Shown here: positions 47,992-63,044 of the stretch, piece after piece
Position numbering within the stretch: position 1 is the first letter of the stretch
Layout of the letters: every line of letters starts with the position of its first letter
Assembly: GCA_965644265.1 (NCBI GenBank)
Contig: OZ286459.1
Span: forward strand, 53,878,001 to 53,942,000
Source of the DNA: Glycera tridactyla
Lineage: Eukaryota
DNA: 64,000 nt
Direction of reading: 5' to 3'
Made by a program: the position numbers and the translations under genes
The notes under the pieces: model-generated
What the model saw: the letters and a program-made list of their open reading frames with translations, nothing else
Databases searched by the model: none
What the model was told of the DNA's origin: nothing

Positions 47992-50900
47992 CTAGGCATC
48001 CATAGACAATAGATGTTTTGAACTGACAGTTATAAAGCATCCCAAAATGTGATGTAACGCGACTCAACTCACCGTATACAAGAAGAGGAATGAACACCAA
48101 TAACGCGAGAAAAGTCAGTCTGATTGTCAAAATTATATACCAAACGACTTCACATAACGGTATCGTGGAGGAACCATGAGGCACTTTGAGAACAAGAGCC
48201 GTGTTCGAAGCGGGGCAACCACTGTGTGCTGGTAACATCTGCCGACTTTGACAGCACACTCTGGGCTGAGAATGAAGCCCGTGATGGCTTGAATGATATA
48301 CATGTTAAATTTCGTATTATTTCCGATATTCATTAGCAGAATCACACTGAAATCAAATAGAAAAAAAACGGGGTCTCCAATTCTCCCGACTCGCAGCCGG
48401 AATATTGATGAACTGGCCCCTGGTGACATAGATTGACAACTTCCTGTGATGGCCGCCACAAGCTCGGGGTCGGGCCTGGCGCTGACATGTCTCTTCGTGG
48501 TGAGATTTCTCGACAACTGATGTGTAATATCGGGAATCAATGGCATATATTTCAAATGATGGAGTTGCCCCCCCCCCACCCCCTTGATACGATTTCTTTC
48601 TGATTCTACTCGAGGGGGTCGAATTGTGAAGTTCTGCATATTGAATGAATGAATGAATGATTGAATGGATTAGAGGTCAACTGACTGCGAGCTGACTGAC
48701 TGAATGACATTCTGAAGAACTGATTGAAGGAGCGACTGAATTGATCACGAATACCGGACAGCCAATAAGACTCAGAAACAGATGCAGAGCAGTAGACGTC
48801 AATGTGCATGATGATACATATACTGAGGGAAACCTGGTGAGGGAGCGTCGACATATGGAATGCCTCCATCAACGATGGCATGTAAATAGCCTCATCTATT
48901 GATTCCGCTCTCCAGAATAGAATATACAAACTGCACACATGTCTGCAGATCTCTTCAACATTCACACTTCGCAATATTGTTGCAGATATTAGGTGCTATT
49001 TCGATTTCAGAAAGTGGTTTTCAAACACTCGGTAGCACGACAAAGTCTCGGAAAGAGCGCAGCTTGGATGGATTGCTGTGTACCGCTTGTTTGCTTTGCA
49101 CCGTTAACCCCTATCCCAGCCTATCATCAATATTTGCTCACCACTCGCGAGCATCTGATGATGGCATGCAGGTATTCTCACAAGCCTGGTGAAGATCAAG
49201 CAAATATTCATCACTTGCGATGATGTGTCCCAAGGGAATATTATCGTTATGGAACTGTATCTGGACTGATAAGAACTTCCAATGGTTTGGCGATGGAAAT
49301 AGGGTTAAAAGGAGAGGATGGCTCGATCTGTGCGTGTGTGTTCTGTTTGAGCGAAGATGTTAGACGATATTCTAAACACGAGCCAGTGTTTGTTGTGGAC
49401 GGAAATCAATAAGACAAATAGCAGGTATGAATACACGCCCAAACACCATAGTTGCACAGGGTTGTATTCCCTCTGTGGGCACACACAAAGCTGAGGCTGG
49501 AATTCCACTTTCGTTGGCACTGTCAGTATGAACAAGGACCACCCAAATAGCGACCACCCAAATGACACCTTGAGTTCATGACATTTTGTGAATTCCGTAC
49601 TTTTTTTTGAGATGGAGAAGTCACCTGTGTTCTTCGCATGAGCGTTTCAATGTAGCCCAGATGGTGCTCACTGGGCGTAAAACAGCCAATCAAGCAACTG
49701 CCAACTTCATTATCCTTCACTCATCCATGCATATCTGATTCCAAGTTAGATATTCTAGAAGTGTGTATTAGGATATCTCGATATTGCCACGCGGAATGAT
49801 AATATGATTCAACTACCCAACCAATGCTCCAATCTTCCACAAGCATTCTTGGTCACCAACAAATTCATCATTCCCAGGAGTGGTCAAGGGCTATCATTCA
49901 ACTGGACCTGCACACTTGCAGAAATCTATATGGTCTGCTTCTGCCGCAGATGAGGCACCTTCCTATGGCTGACCCCTTTCTGAAGCCTCCATACCCATTC
50001 ATACTTTTGATTGCGTACTTGACAGGTATTATGAGTAGAGTCATTTCTTTGTGTTTGGCCGTATATCCCTAACAAGAGTATAAGCTCAACAAAGGGAAGG
50101 GCTAGATGCAGTTGACAGAGCGCACATCATCTCTTCTTGGCCCGCCCACCACATGAGTTCTGTATATACTTTCGAAATTTGCTCCAAGAAACGGCTAAAG
50201 CTTCAAGGGCTACAGTTCCCCCTGGATAAACACCAAGTGAGCTCGCTTGAGACTCATTTAACCTACATCAAAACAAATATGGTCGAACACGCATCAGAAC
50301 ACAAGATCACAACTGTATTGATAGCTTCTCAAATAATCTTCAGGTTCGGGCTTCGGGGTATATCAAGAGAACAGAGTCAATCATGTTCGTTCCGATGATG
50401 AAGGGTAATCATATATCAATATATGGATATATATGAGGTCAAAACACTGAAGTGGCGATATGCGATAACTCATTATCTTGGCGATCGGATCAATTGTGCA
50501 AACACGCAAAGCAGGCACATAGCACGAAGTGGACGGGCGAACATGATGAGTTTGTTGGACACGGAAGGACACGAGGTGTGAAAGTAATTGCTGATGAGCA
50601 ATAGTCACATTGACTACATTACGAAACAGAATGGGCCGGCCGAGACCGTAACAATAGAGGACGTCTGAATAATTCAAGGTGTATGACATAAGTCGCCCCA
50701 TCCTCTCATTCCCTTCAGAAAGGGGGAAGTAAACCTATAGATAATGCTTACGGTATGATGTCAATAAGTTCTCCCGACGTCAATATTTCCTTTCTTTTTT
50801 ACTTCCTGTTCCTGCCCTATGTGCTGGAGAAAAGGCCATCATGGGTTAAATATTTTTTTCGCAATGATTATTCATGAGTTAAAAGTAACGTTATATTGAC

Positions 50901-51490
50901 CGGCCATTTGATCACTAAACCAGACCTTTTTCCTACCTCTCTGGAAAGTGTATGGAGGCACAGTCAACTGCATGGGTTAAGCACCATCACTGCCTGTATA
51001 TATGTAATTGTTCACGACTGGGTGTGTGGGACGTGGTGGTTTGTGGATGGACATGTTCCTACCCCTGCGCATGCGCGTGAGACCATTGTAATATTGCAGT
51101 CACAATTTTGATTAGTGAAACGTCCATTCTGGTCGCCCTCTCTGAGCAAGAGCTTTTAGGGACTACGCTGCTCAGTTGAGAACCGTGGGTCATTTGGCTC
51201 GCCCTAGATACTTTCAACATGAAAAGTCGTTGTCTCAGGCCTATTCTCGAGATCAAGCAGAACCAACTTTCTACAATTGTATGAGTGAATTCGCTGTCCT
51301 GAAATGAATTTTGACTAGTAGTAAATATCACACAGAGACACTCGAACGAACAAAGCCTATAGATTCGGATCCATATCGAGAAGATGCTCATGCATCAGAA
51401 AGTCCGAGTAGCAGATGTAGCAGGGGAAGCTTTATCTGGACAAGATCGAGGTGATATTCCGGGAAGCTGAGAAGGTTTTTCTTCTTAAAA

Positions 51491-53312
51491 TGTGACTGAC
51501 GCATGTGCCAGACAAGTAATGGAGGCCCTCTAATTAGTCACCAACCACTACAGTATCTCACACTGTGACAGACGCATGTGTAAGACAAGTGATGAAGGCC
51601 CTCTAATTAGTCACCCACCACTGCAGTATCTCACACTGTGACTGACACATGTGTCAGACAAGTAATTGAGGCCCTCTAATTAGTCACCAACCACTGCAGT
51701 ATCTCACACTGTGACTGACACATGTGTCAGACAAGTAATAGAGGCCCTCTGATTAGTCACCAACCACTACAGTATCTCACACTGTGACTGACGCATGTGC
51801 CAGACAAGTAATGGAGGCCCTCTAATTAGTCACCAACCACTACAGTATCTCACACTGTGACAGACGCATGTGTAAGACAAGTGATGAAGGCCCTCTAATT
51901 AGTCACCAACCACTGCAGTATCTCACACTGTGACTGACACATGTGTCAGACAAGTAATGGAGGCCCTCTAATTAGTCACCAACCACTGCAGTATCTCACA
52001 CTGTGACTGACACATGTGTCAGACAAGTAATAGAGGCCCTCTAATTAGTCACCAACCACTACAGTATCTCACACTGTGACTGACGCATGTGTCAGACAAG
52101 TAATGGAGGCCCTCTAATTAGTCACCAACCACTACAGTATCTCACACTGTACCAGACACATGTGTCAGACAAGTAGTAGAGGCCCTCTAATTAGTCACCA
52201 ACCACTACAGTATCTCACACTGTGACTGACGCACGTGTCAGACAAGTAATGGAGGCCCTCTAATTAGTCACCAACCACTACAGTATCTCACACTGTGACT
52301 GACGCATGTGTCAGACAAGTAATTGAGGCCCTCTAATTAGTCATCAACCACTACAGTATCTCACACTGTGACTGACGCATGTGTCAGACAAGTAATGAAG
52401 GCCCTCTAATTAGTCACCAACCACTACAGTATCTCACACCGTGACTGACACATGTGTCAGACAAGTAATGAAGGCCCTCTAATTAGTCGCCAACCACTAC
52501 AGTATCTCACACTGTGACTGACGCATGTGTCAGACAAGTGATGAAGGCCCTCTAATTAGTCACCAACCACTGCAGTATCTCACACTGTGACTGACACATG
52601 TGTCAGACAAGTAATTGAGGCCCTCTAATTAGTCACCAACCACTGCAGTATCTCACACTGTGACTGACACATGTGTCAGACAAGTAATAGAGGCCCTCTG
52701 ATTAGTCACCAACCACTACAGTATCTCACACTGTGACTGACGCATGTGCCAGACAAGTAATGGAGGCCCTCTAATTAGTCACCAACCACTACAGTATCTC
52801 ACACTGTACCAGACACATATGTCAGACAAGTAATAGAGGCCCTCTAATTAGTCACCAACCACTACAGTATCTCACACTGTGACTGACGCATGTGTCAGAC
52901 AAGTAATGGAGGCCCTCTAATTAGTCACCAACCACTACAGTATCTCACACTGTGACTGACGCATGTGTCAGACAAGTAATGGAGGCCCTCTAATTAGTCA
53001 CCAACCACTACAGTATCTCACACTGTGACTGACGCATGTGTCAGACAAGTAATGAAGGCCCTCTAATTAGTCACCAACCACTACAGTATCTCACACTGTG
53101 ACTGACACATGTGTCAGACAAGTAATGAAGGCCCTCTAATTAGTCGCCAAACACTACAGTATCTCACACTGTGACTGACGCATGTGTCAGACAAGTAATG
53201 AAGGCCCTCTAATTAGTCACCAACCACTACAGTATCTCACACTGTGACTGACACATGTGTCAGACAAGTAATGAAGGCCCTCTAATTAGTCGCCAAACAC
53301 TATAGTATCTCA
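51491..53312. repeat. 73-bp tandem satellite, about 25 copies
   Basis: Unit tgtgactgacRcatgtgtcagacaagtaatggaggccctctaattagtcaccaaccactacagtatctcacac. Confidence 0.98.
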
Positions 53313-53885
53313 CACTTTCACCTTCAATACATCCTACCACACGTTATATCAGACAAGTAATGGGGGCTCTCTAATTAGCCACCAACCACTACAGTATCTC
53401 ACACTTTCACCTTCAATACATCCTACCGCACGTTATATCAGACAAGTAATGGGGGCCCTCTAATTAGCCGCCAACCATTACAGTATCTCACACTTTCACC
53501 TTCAATACATCCTACCGCACGTTATATCAGACAAGTATTGAAGGCCCTATAATTAGCCGCCGACCGCTACAGTATCTCACACTTTCACCTTCAATACATC
53601 CTACCAGACGTTATATCAGACAAGTATTGAAGGCCCTATAATTAGCCGCCGACCACTATAGTATCTCACACTTTCACCTTCAATACATCCTACCAGACGT
53701 TATATCAGACAAGTATTGAAGGCCCTATAATTAGCCGCCGACCACTACAGTATCTCACACTTTCACCTTCAATACATCCTACTGCACGTTATATCAGACA
53801 AGTAATGGGGGCCCTCTAATTAGCCACCAACCACTAAAGTATCTCACACTTTCACCTTCGATGCAGCCTATCACACGTTATATCA
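53290..53885. repeat. 89-bp variant of the same satellite, 6-7 copies
   Basis: cactttcacc recurs at 53313, 53402, 53491, 53580 and onward; same core as the 73-mer with a longer linker. Confidence 0.97.
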
Positions 53886-55039
53886 AGCCAGGGTGGGAGC
53901 TTCGATGCACTGACGACATTGATCGCGTGTCAAGGCATTTCTCTCCCATGGGCATATCCGAGCAGATTCCAGTATAGACCCCTAAATCCCCGAAAACAAC
54001 GCATAGTAGACATTTACATCCCAAGGACATCTGATCGAAAAGCCGTACAAATCGCCTCGGAGAAATGGGCCCAGGAAGTGGAGACTATATGGAGAAGAAA
54101 GGGATGGGGGAAGATTAGCATCAGCTAATCATCCTGCTAATCTGTAGTAGTTTATGCAATTGATTCTGGCCCGGGTCTGATAGCAGTGACAGCCTCTAGC
54201 CTCTGTAGAGCCAATTCTTTTCCAGGTGGACTAGAGTCTCAATCTTCTCAAGTGTCTTGACTCACGCAGGTATTAACGGATCATTTGCTTCTTCATTTAC
54301 ATCTTCTACTCACTTTTTCTCCTCTCTTAATGTCAGTGTTGACTCTTTTCTTCACGCTGAATAGAAATTATGCCAACGCGTGATGATCCAATTATTGAAT
54401 CGACAGAATTCATTAGATATTCGGCACGGGTCTCTTGGACCACGGTCGTTATCTCTTCAGCTCAAGTCTGCCTTATCATTCTTTCTTCTTTTCTCCCTCC
54501 TCTTCTGCTTCTTTTTCTTCTTCTGGTGGTAATAATGTAGCAGGAATTGGTGATCATTGTTGTAGGGAATATGTTCAGCAGATGATGGTTAGAATGTTTG
54601 ATTTGTATGGAGCTGAAGTTGAGAATATGAAATGAAGGATACGGTGGCAAAGGAGGAGTAGCATGAACGCTGATTGTCAGGCAGATCACTTCAGATGAGG
54701 GTCTGGCTTATGAAGAGATGCTCTCCCATCATAAACGTGCACCTGTGTATGTTACGACTCGACCACTCTCAACATTTCATCCTTCGCCTAATTGTTCAGT
54801 AGTAGCTTGTAGTAGGTTGTACGTTGTGTGAATTATTTACCCCGCTCGATCACATCCTGGAAAATTCACTATACTAGAGCAGACAAATATAATCTGGTAC
54901 TTGAACTGCAGCTAGTTCAGCTAGGGTTATTAAATTGTGAAACATGATTTCATAATGACAAGCTAACTATACATTCTGCTGAAACCATCTGGATCATTCT
55001 GGATACCAGGAACAGTCTATCCCAGATAGACAATATATA

Positions 55040-55520
55040 TATATATATATAGTTATGGGCGGCACTGTCCTGCTGTGGGTTGACAGATTCGAATATTTGG
55101 CAGTCTGGCTCGACCCTACCTTGTCATTTAGTGGTCGTACGAACTATCGGGTTGGAAGTTGTCCATTATTGAGAGAGCAAGAAACTTCATACCACAGGAA
55201 ACATCACTCATGTGGTACTGGCAATAATGGACTAGTGCGATGTGGTATATGATGTGCTGAGAATGACTAACTAAGACAACTATGGCAGCATGTGAGATGC
55301 ATCAGCAGCTCCAGTTGCTGCCACTCACAAGTCCCCCTGATCTTAATCAGCTCTATACTACCCGCACCCACAAGACAGGTCTCCTCACAATTCACTCGAG
55401 ATACCTAGGTCACACTTGATCATGTCACATCGACGCTTGAGTGTATGTGGGGCTAAACTGTACAATGGCCTTCCCAAGACCACGAAGGAAGCGAGCTCCG
55501 AGGCCACCTACGAGAGTGCC
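55040..55520 (+). mobile_element. CR1-group LINE 3' remnant
   Basis: FEYLAVWLDPTLSF and GAKLYNGLPKTTKEASS. Confidence 0.65.
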
Positions 55521-55699
55521 GGCAATCATCTTGATCCTGACTATGCGGCTTTGTCACCAAATACATGTTTATTTATCAGTCAATCATATGTTGCAATTTC
55601 AATTATTAGCAGTCTGCCTGATTGTCATAATAATTCATCTGTCAACCATATGTCTGATTGCTCAGTGATCTTTTGATTAAGTGTGTGTTCAGTGTACTG

Positions 55700-57400
55700 C
55701 AGATGGGGTGTGCAATAGTTGTCTTATGTATGTTGCGAACATCATACCGAAATATTTCTCTATTATCTCAATATCATCAATTTGTTTCAATAATATCTAT
55801 TACCAGAGCTGCTGTCAACTCTCAAAGTTGTTGGTACCTTGAAGTACCTTGTAGTGTTTTCATGATTGTTTTGGTTTCTATGAGAGCAGATGTGATGAGA
55901 CAACTAGCAAGGCCCAAGCTATGCAGGGCTTCGTAGCTGATGGATAGCATTTCAAGGTTATTCGGTATCCAATAGGGGGGCCGATGAAGTTTTTTCAGGA
56001 TAGGGCTGATGTGCTGCTGGTGACTACAAGATTCTGGTAATCGAGCGACGCAGTTCATCATACATCCAGTCTGCCGATACCTTACAGATTTTAATTCAGG
56101 GAAAACAGATGGGAATTTTCGAGGCTATTAAAGAGACTCGCCAAGACAGGTCATACAGTGATCAATCACTCACCCAGAAAATATCCCTTTACATCGATTA
56201 CATACTTGAATCTTTCCTCGGGATGACGTTGCTCTATACATATATTGTGTAGTCAGGAAAAATTCTCTACATATACTCCACATATTCTCTACAGGTATGA
56301 GCAAAGACAGTACAAGTGAGAAGGTTTCTCCTATCGCTTTCATCGAAAAAGAAAATTGCAAGGTCTTGCTTCAGCAGAATCCTGATCGATTGCTAGCTGT
56401 TGAGGATATCTGACCTCATCCTCTGACCACAGATCTAGACTTGCATTCGCCAGCGGGATCGTTAATGCAGAAGCGACTGCGTATTTCCGAGTCCATTTTG
56501 AAGAACACGTCTACTGCTCTCCTCATAGCTACACGTTTGAGGGGAATTCTTGACACTTCACCGGCCATAGAGAAAATAATGTCTTTAAAGACAAGACTGG
56601 TCGTCGATTTCCTGTTTGTGAAGGGAAATGCGAGAAACAAACCATATTCACTCCCAGGGGTCAGCTGATGAAGATGACTTCTCATTGGACTAGAAAAAAA
56701 TGTTAGCTTATGGCCACGCAGAGAAGTGGTTACAAGACAATCCATCTCAGCATGAAAATAATCACACTTTATCAGAGTGAATCAACACTTATTTGCATCT
56801 ACTATCAATCGGCACATTGCAACCATTTGGAGGAAATAAAAACCATCTGATGAACGCAACTAGTAGCAACCACATCACCAACTCGAAATGCGTAGAAATC
56901 TGTTTTTCGAATACTGTGTTCACAGTCCTAGCTACTGGGTGACATTTTCAAAGTGCAAACCGATCGTTCTATCCGCCGGTTACCCGGTGAATTTTCGATT
57001 CAACTCTGAAAGCACGCTCTCAACACATGACCCCAAAGTGAAGGTCAGGCAAGTAGGGGCTTCAACGCAACGGGGCTGCTTCTCACCACTGAGTGTTGCT
57101 TTTCATAAAAATGATTTTCTCCTCAGTGTTCTCACGCATTTAAGCATCCACAATATCCAAGTTTGATGTTTGTCACACGAATCACTTATTTCCCATGCAG
57201 TTATGGTTTAATTCTGATGATGCGATAGCACACCATTTACAAATGGTTGGCAACTCACTGTGTGAGTTGAACATTGTCAAATTGCTTCACAGAATGGCAG
57301 TATTGTCTATGATGGGGGAGTCCAAAACCAAGATCAGTGCCGTCCTTAACGGTACAATATCAACACGAGTAAAGTTTGGCTTTTGCCCGACATGTGATAT
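55700..57400 (-). mobile_element. Old L2/CR1-type LINE remnant
   Basis: HISPILKKLH (the HITPVL..LHWLP motif) and weak RT N-terminal similarity; many stops. Confidence 0.5.
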
Positions 57401-59199
57401 GAAAGCTTGACGAAGTCAGCCTCAAGCACATCCAATTCCATCCCACAACACGATATAGTGAATCAAATTTGTGAAGTGGAGTATGAATCTAAGTCTGACC
57501 CATTGCAATCAAATTTGACGAAAAAAGTTATACTTGATTATCAAATGATCCTAATGGATGTCATTTCATGCTACAGTCATTCACATCACATTAGTATGAA
57601 ACAGGCTTCCGTGAATGGGAAGAAAGGTTATATTCATTCACGGCAACAACAGTATGACGAGATAGATATGAAAGCAGTAATTAATGCTCGTCTTCGATTA
57701 CTCAGTCTGGAGCAATGGATGAACATGTTCAGAATTCACATCTTTTGAAGAAGTCCTATCTCTGTCATACATCTATCCCATGTCCATCCGTTCAAGAGCC
57801 AGGGTCCACCGTGTGAACACCAACCCGTCATTGGGCCGATTTGCCCAGGGATTGGCATTATATAGAAATAGAGATCGAGCATGCGGAGGGGGGGGGCGCT
57901 CAAGGAAAGATCAAAGAGTGGGCATGTGGTCTATGTCAGCGGTAATTAACCGGAGAAGGACGGGCATTGTGTATCCATGGCAGGCCGATGGATCAATGTT
58001 GTAGTGGATAATGCATCGATCTAGTGTCAGTAAGATGCGCCATAACGGGGCTAATCAGGGGACCTATTCAACAAACTCTGTGAGTCCCAAGTATCTCAGT
58101 AACTGCATATAAATACACTCATCCTCTCAACCATGACCATCCAATGCTACGTGATTATCAAATGATTTTAGTAAGTATTGAATTGGACCCTATATCAGCA
58201 TTATGACAACTTCCATAACACCATCCTAGCCAACTTACCCATCTCTAGAGCCCCCGCCATGTGGCGGCAGTAACCAGCAAACTGCACCCCCTGCAAGTCG
58301 TTTACAGCTACGTACCTTTTTAACGGAATCAATCATAAGCATCACAAATCCTCCCAATGGAGAATCTACCAGAGATTGGTCTTTTCTGCTCCTTGGTGAC
58401 CTTTTTTCAGACCAATGTGCCAAGATTGTATTCGTATATCTGATGAGCCTTCAGAGATCCCTTGTGTGTTGTTGAGTGCTCTACAGGCTACACATCCTAC
58501 AGCGAGATCATTGTTATCCTGAAATAAACAGAATCACGTTGGCCTCACCGAGTTGTTCAATCATCAATTACACGTAGTGTTTGAACCGATATTGTACTCA
58601 AGATTACAATCACATTGCATAATGCCTTCACTTACAGCTGCCTTATTTTTACCCGCCAAAGTGGCTCATCTCTGGGAAGAAGTGATGCAGGTACTTGGTG
58701 ATGAGATATGCGATACAAAGAGCAGTCATTCGGAATGTTTGGATTGTGGAATGCTAGCCAGCGGGAAATCGGTCGGCAGGAGTTCTGAACAGAAGCCTTC
58801 CATCTCATATATGCCAGCAGACTAACTGCTGTATACAAAGGTTGCCAGATATTTACCTCTCTCAACTGCCACTCTGAATATCTTCTTGAATGTGTTGTGC
58901 CAGATGTTGTACATGCAATGGATGGCAACGCCGTGACATCATGCAAACTCTGTATCAATGACCCAGGACAATCCAAATATTCTATACAATCTCGAAATCA
59001 CTTCGATTGAAAAGTAAGTTGATATTTTCTCAAGATACATTCTAATGTATACCTGTTGATATGACCTTCATTTTACTTGACATCAGCAATCACATCCTTG
59101 CTCTGAGCTCATTTCTACTGCCCGATCACAGCAGAGCTTAGATGTAGCCACTCTCCAATTCCCATAGCGGCTACACGGCAAGATACGACCATTTTGCTT

Positions 59200-60050
59200 C
59201 CACATCGGTGATGAAGAAACCTTCATTTGATTTCCTGCCTTTCAAAATGACACCCATGATACCATCATCTCGACGTGGAGAGATTCCCATGGCAACCTCT
59301 GAGGAATCAGCAGACCAACCCCCGCTCACACCATCGTCACATCAATGGATGTCACCAGTCTCCATACCGATATACCAAACAAGATGCTATCAAAGCAGCA
59401 CGCCTGACGCTAAACTCACATCGACCATCCACTTGAAAATTGAAAAAAATAGGCACTAAAAACTTCCTCACACTAGTGCCCTCATCCTACACAAAGGACA
59501 CCAATGTATACTTTGGCTGTGCGATCTTCACATTGCACAGTTTTTAGTCAATTCATCAACGATCTCTTCTTGATCTGGGCACATTGGTGTGAGATAACCA
59601 CAGAATTTGTGGATCTCTTGAATACAGCCCAACACTTCACATTGGAGGAAAAATCAACCAGTCATTTTCCGAGTCCCATAATCCACATCACAGATCGAAA
59701 AATATGGGCAGAACTTCACTCCAAACTCCAAACCACAACCCTCGAAGCCGCTAGTGATTAGTGTTCATTCTCCTAACCACATACTACCCCAGATATTACT
59801 ACGTGGAAAGAATATTGAGGGAAAGCGGGGGCTACTAGAAACAGCGTGAATTATAGTGAGTTAGGGATGAAGACAGAATCTCGATGATATCCTAATTACA
59901 GCTCAACTCATACTGGCCAATTAGAACAAGTAGGTAGATTGCCCATCCACCCTGAATCCTGTGAACAGAAACAAATGCATCCGCAATGTGCCCTGCACCA
60001 GGACACTACACATATGTGCCTTTAGGGTTCTAACTCTCCATCTACGCCCA
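59200..60050 (+). mobile_element. Decayed PLE RT remnant
   Basis: QFINDLFLIWAHW...FVDLLNTAQHFTLEEKS...KIWAELHSK parallels RFLDDIFGIWTHG...FTLE...LWSDLYCK at 39.5 kb. Confidence 0.65.
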
Positions 60051-60059
60051 CAGCCCGCA

Positions 60060-60560
60060 ACACATCAACCAGGACAACCACATATCATTCAGTTGGAGAA
60101 GATAAGACCAGAGTCTTATATAGATAGCATTCTGTCTGGTGAGGTATGATTGGCCTCATTCGACCCAGGTATTAACGATGGTTAATGATGGTTTTTATCT
60201 TGATATGATGAGCATGGGCACTGAAGTTGAGGTGCTGATCCAAATAGACACCTAGAATGTTTGACTCTTTCAATTTTGGCACCCCCATACTCGACTACTA
60301 TATCGTCAAAGGCTCTAATTGCGTTTTTGGTCCCTAAAACATACTTTTTTTTTATTCAGCATCAAACTTTTTTCTTCTAGCCAAGTGGTGACTTTAGATA
60401 AATTTTCATTCATCATATTTATCATTCGCTATTTATCTTAATATGTGACGGAAATAGCGGTATCATCGGCAGATGGATGTACTTCAGTGTAAGTGAAGAT
60501 TCCTGATATATGGTATATATGGAGTGTTAATGATAGGGGTCCTAATATATGGATTACCTA
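60060..60560 (-). mobile_element. CR1-group LINE RT fragment
   Basis: ILGPLSL, SADDTAI and LGRMRP...LYKTLVL on the minus strand. Confidence 0.6.
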
Positions 60561-61079
60561 TTTAAGGTCAAGGAGGAAGAAAGATAAAAAGATGAATGGA
60601 TGGATGGATAGATAGAAAGATAATAGATAGATGATAACGTCCACAACCGAAATGGAAATATCTGTTTTATCAAATACGAAAAAAAGATTGTCGATATTAG
60701 ACTTATTCTTGAAAGAAGCATGTTAGATATACACAAACCGACCGAAATATAGATGACTGACGTCATATCAGACGCAGAACTGGTGCAACCAAAGTACAAT
60801 TGATTGATTGATTTTGGTTTAACGTCCTTTCAACACCAAATGGGTCATATCGGACTAACCAAAGTACAAATATATCAGACACGGCCGTACTGCCAAAACG
60901 AGAGGTGAGGGGGGTTCTGCTCTATCACAAAGATAAGTTGAACATAAGCAAACACCGAGCTATCAATATAAATAACAATGATGGATAAAAATGTTGTTAA
61001 AGTATCAGATACACAGTAATTGGAGGCTGTTGTAGACCCTCAAACGGTAATCAAAGCTTCCTCACTCACAAGTCTGAAT

Positions 61080-62400
61080 CACTGGATGAGGTCAGATAGA
61101 TGTTGACCTGAAGTCAAACACAATGCACAATTCGAACTGGGGATTTTTTTCAACAGACAATCAACTATACCAAACCATTAAATCAGTGAGACAAGCGAGA
61201 CGATTAGAGATCATGTCTATACCAACCGCCCAGATTTTTAATTTGATCATGGATCGCCGGAACTATTCATTATAGACATCAAAGAAACAATCTGGTCCGA
61301 GGATACTAATCCCAAGAATCTTGAAAAGGCGGTAGAAATCTTCGATAATCTGTATGATGAAATATTGATGAAGCATTTCCCGATAAGACAGATAAGAGTC
61401 AGAAAGTCTAATGCCCCTTAGGTGAATGGGCATTATCACAGCATGGTGGATCGCGGGGAGTTCTGGTCAGGCAAATATTCGAAGGATAGATCACCATATA
61501 ACCTACAAATGAGAAAACAGACTGCCAGGGAGTGTTCATCGCTATGAAAAAATCTTAGTCTGTCGCAAAATTCTTGAAAATATACAAAGATGACCCAAAG
61601 CTTTTATGGACAACACTAAAATTATTCTGGCCCTTGAGCAAAAAGATAATCACCAATATAAAATCAAAAAATTGTATCACCGATCGAAGGCTTATCAGCA
61701 GTGAACTGAACCAGCATTTTTGCACTGTTGCGGACAAGCCGCTGAGAGGTCTGCCAAGGGCGGATAAAGTAGCAATCAACGGAACTGAAATAGTTACGAC
61801 GACAAAATTCAGGTATCTGGGCCTGTATTCAGATCGGACATTAACGTTCAACGACCATATCATTCAAATAATCGACACTGTTGGGCACAAGACCCACCTC
61901 TTGTGGAATATACGGGCGAAAACACTGCTAGACAAGATCGACAAGACTTTAATAGCCCCACATGTCTTATATAGTTCTATCATATATGAGATGAGGCAGC
62001 AAATACAACTGACGCTAACAGACCCCAAGTCTGCCAGAACAATGTACATGGTCCATATTGAAAGTTGGAAACTGAACAGATCGACAGAAAGACGAATATA
62101 CTACTCTTGAACATACAGCGTGAGATATATGAGAGCATCTTTGTTCCCGAGGCAGTGTCAGAATTAAGCCCACCATCACTAAGTAGCAAGTTAGAAGTAC
62201 ACAAACCAACAGAAGTAACAACAGGGAGAACCAGACATTCAAATACCCTACATGTAAAACTGCCGAGAAACCGCTTGCAGCAATAGTGATGGAAACATTT
62301 TCTACGGGGCTGGGAAAAACTTCCTCAAAATCTAAGGAATGTCAATAAATCAGACAATTTCAAATCAAAATAAAGGACTGGTAGAGACAGAGCTTTTTGG
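61080..62400 (+). mobile_element. CR1-group LINE with a large internal deletion (endonuclease C-terminus, RT ends)
   Basis: DHVYTNRP, PKLLWTTLK, SSELNQHFCTVADK, FRYLGLYSDRTLTFNDHI and a 3' W..LP..L segment. Confidence 0.75.
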
Positions 62401-63044
62401 GACAGAGACGGATCAGACTATGAGTACCTAAACGACACATGAAACTGGATGTATATTCCATATTGTATTCATCTTTATTCTACTGTATTGTGTTGCTGTA
62501 CTTGGGTGTACGTGTAATGTGCGTTTGAGCACAACTACCCATGTGATCACATATATTATCTCGAGTGTAAAAAAGGTTTATTGAATCAAATCAAAAGGAA
62601 GAAGGGGAAAAGAAAGAGGAAACAGGCCGCCAGACAGACACACAGAGGAATGAGAAAATTGGCAGAGTTGATATTCCCATCATGATCCAAACTTGTATGC
62701 TTGAGGTGCTCCATAGATGTAAGAGTTGGTGTACGTGGTCAATCGACTAGCATCAATCAGGGGTAGATTTTTTATGATGGGGCCAGGGCCGGGTCACAGA
62801 GTTCAGGGCTCATTTCACTCTACCATAGGGATACTTCTCAAACGTATGCTATCCCACCTTACTATGTTATATCAGTGAATATCCTGATTTCAGTCTCAAT
62901 TATCAGCGCCATTTATTATAGTGAAATAGACCCGTGGTCATGTGCCCTCACGACTGAGAAACAACCCAGAGGTTGAACAGTTTGACCTCCTCAACCACAG
63001 TCCAATTCTTACACAATTGACTATTCTCTGGTGTATTTCACATA

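Noticed and set aside
46735-48259. Dense overlapping ORFs on both strands
   Set aside because: By-product of the GC-rich, stop-poor 22-bp repeats.
48133-48639. 168-aa minus-strand ORF as an upstream cholinesterase exon
   Set aside because: No recognisable motif, runs through a poly-C tract, and the main exon already has its own ATG and signal peptide.
50581-50675. CTGATGA...GAAAC hammerhead-like string with a tagtca/tgacta hairpin
   Set aside because: The candidate substrate (tctgaa) lacks the required U16.1, stem II is irregular, and there is no TATA, tail or PLE context.
51491-53885. CRISPR-like repeat/spacer appearance
   Set aside because: The linkers are of only two recurring types rather than unique spacers; there are no cas genes and the context is eukaryotic.
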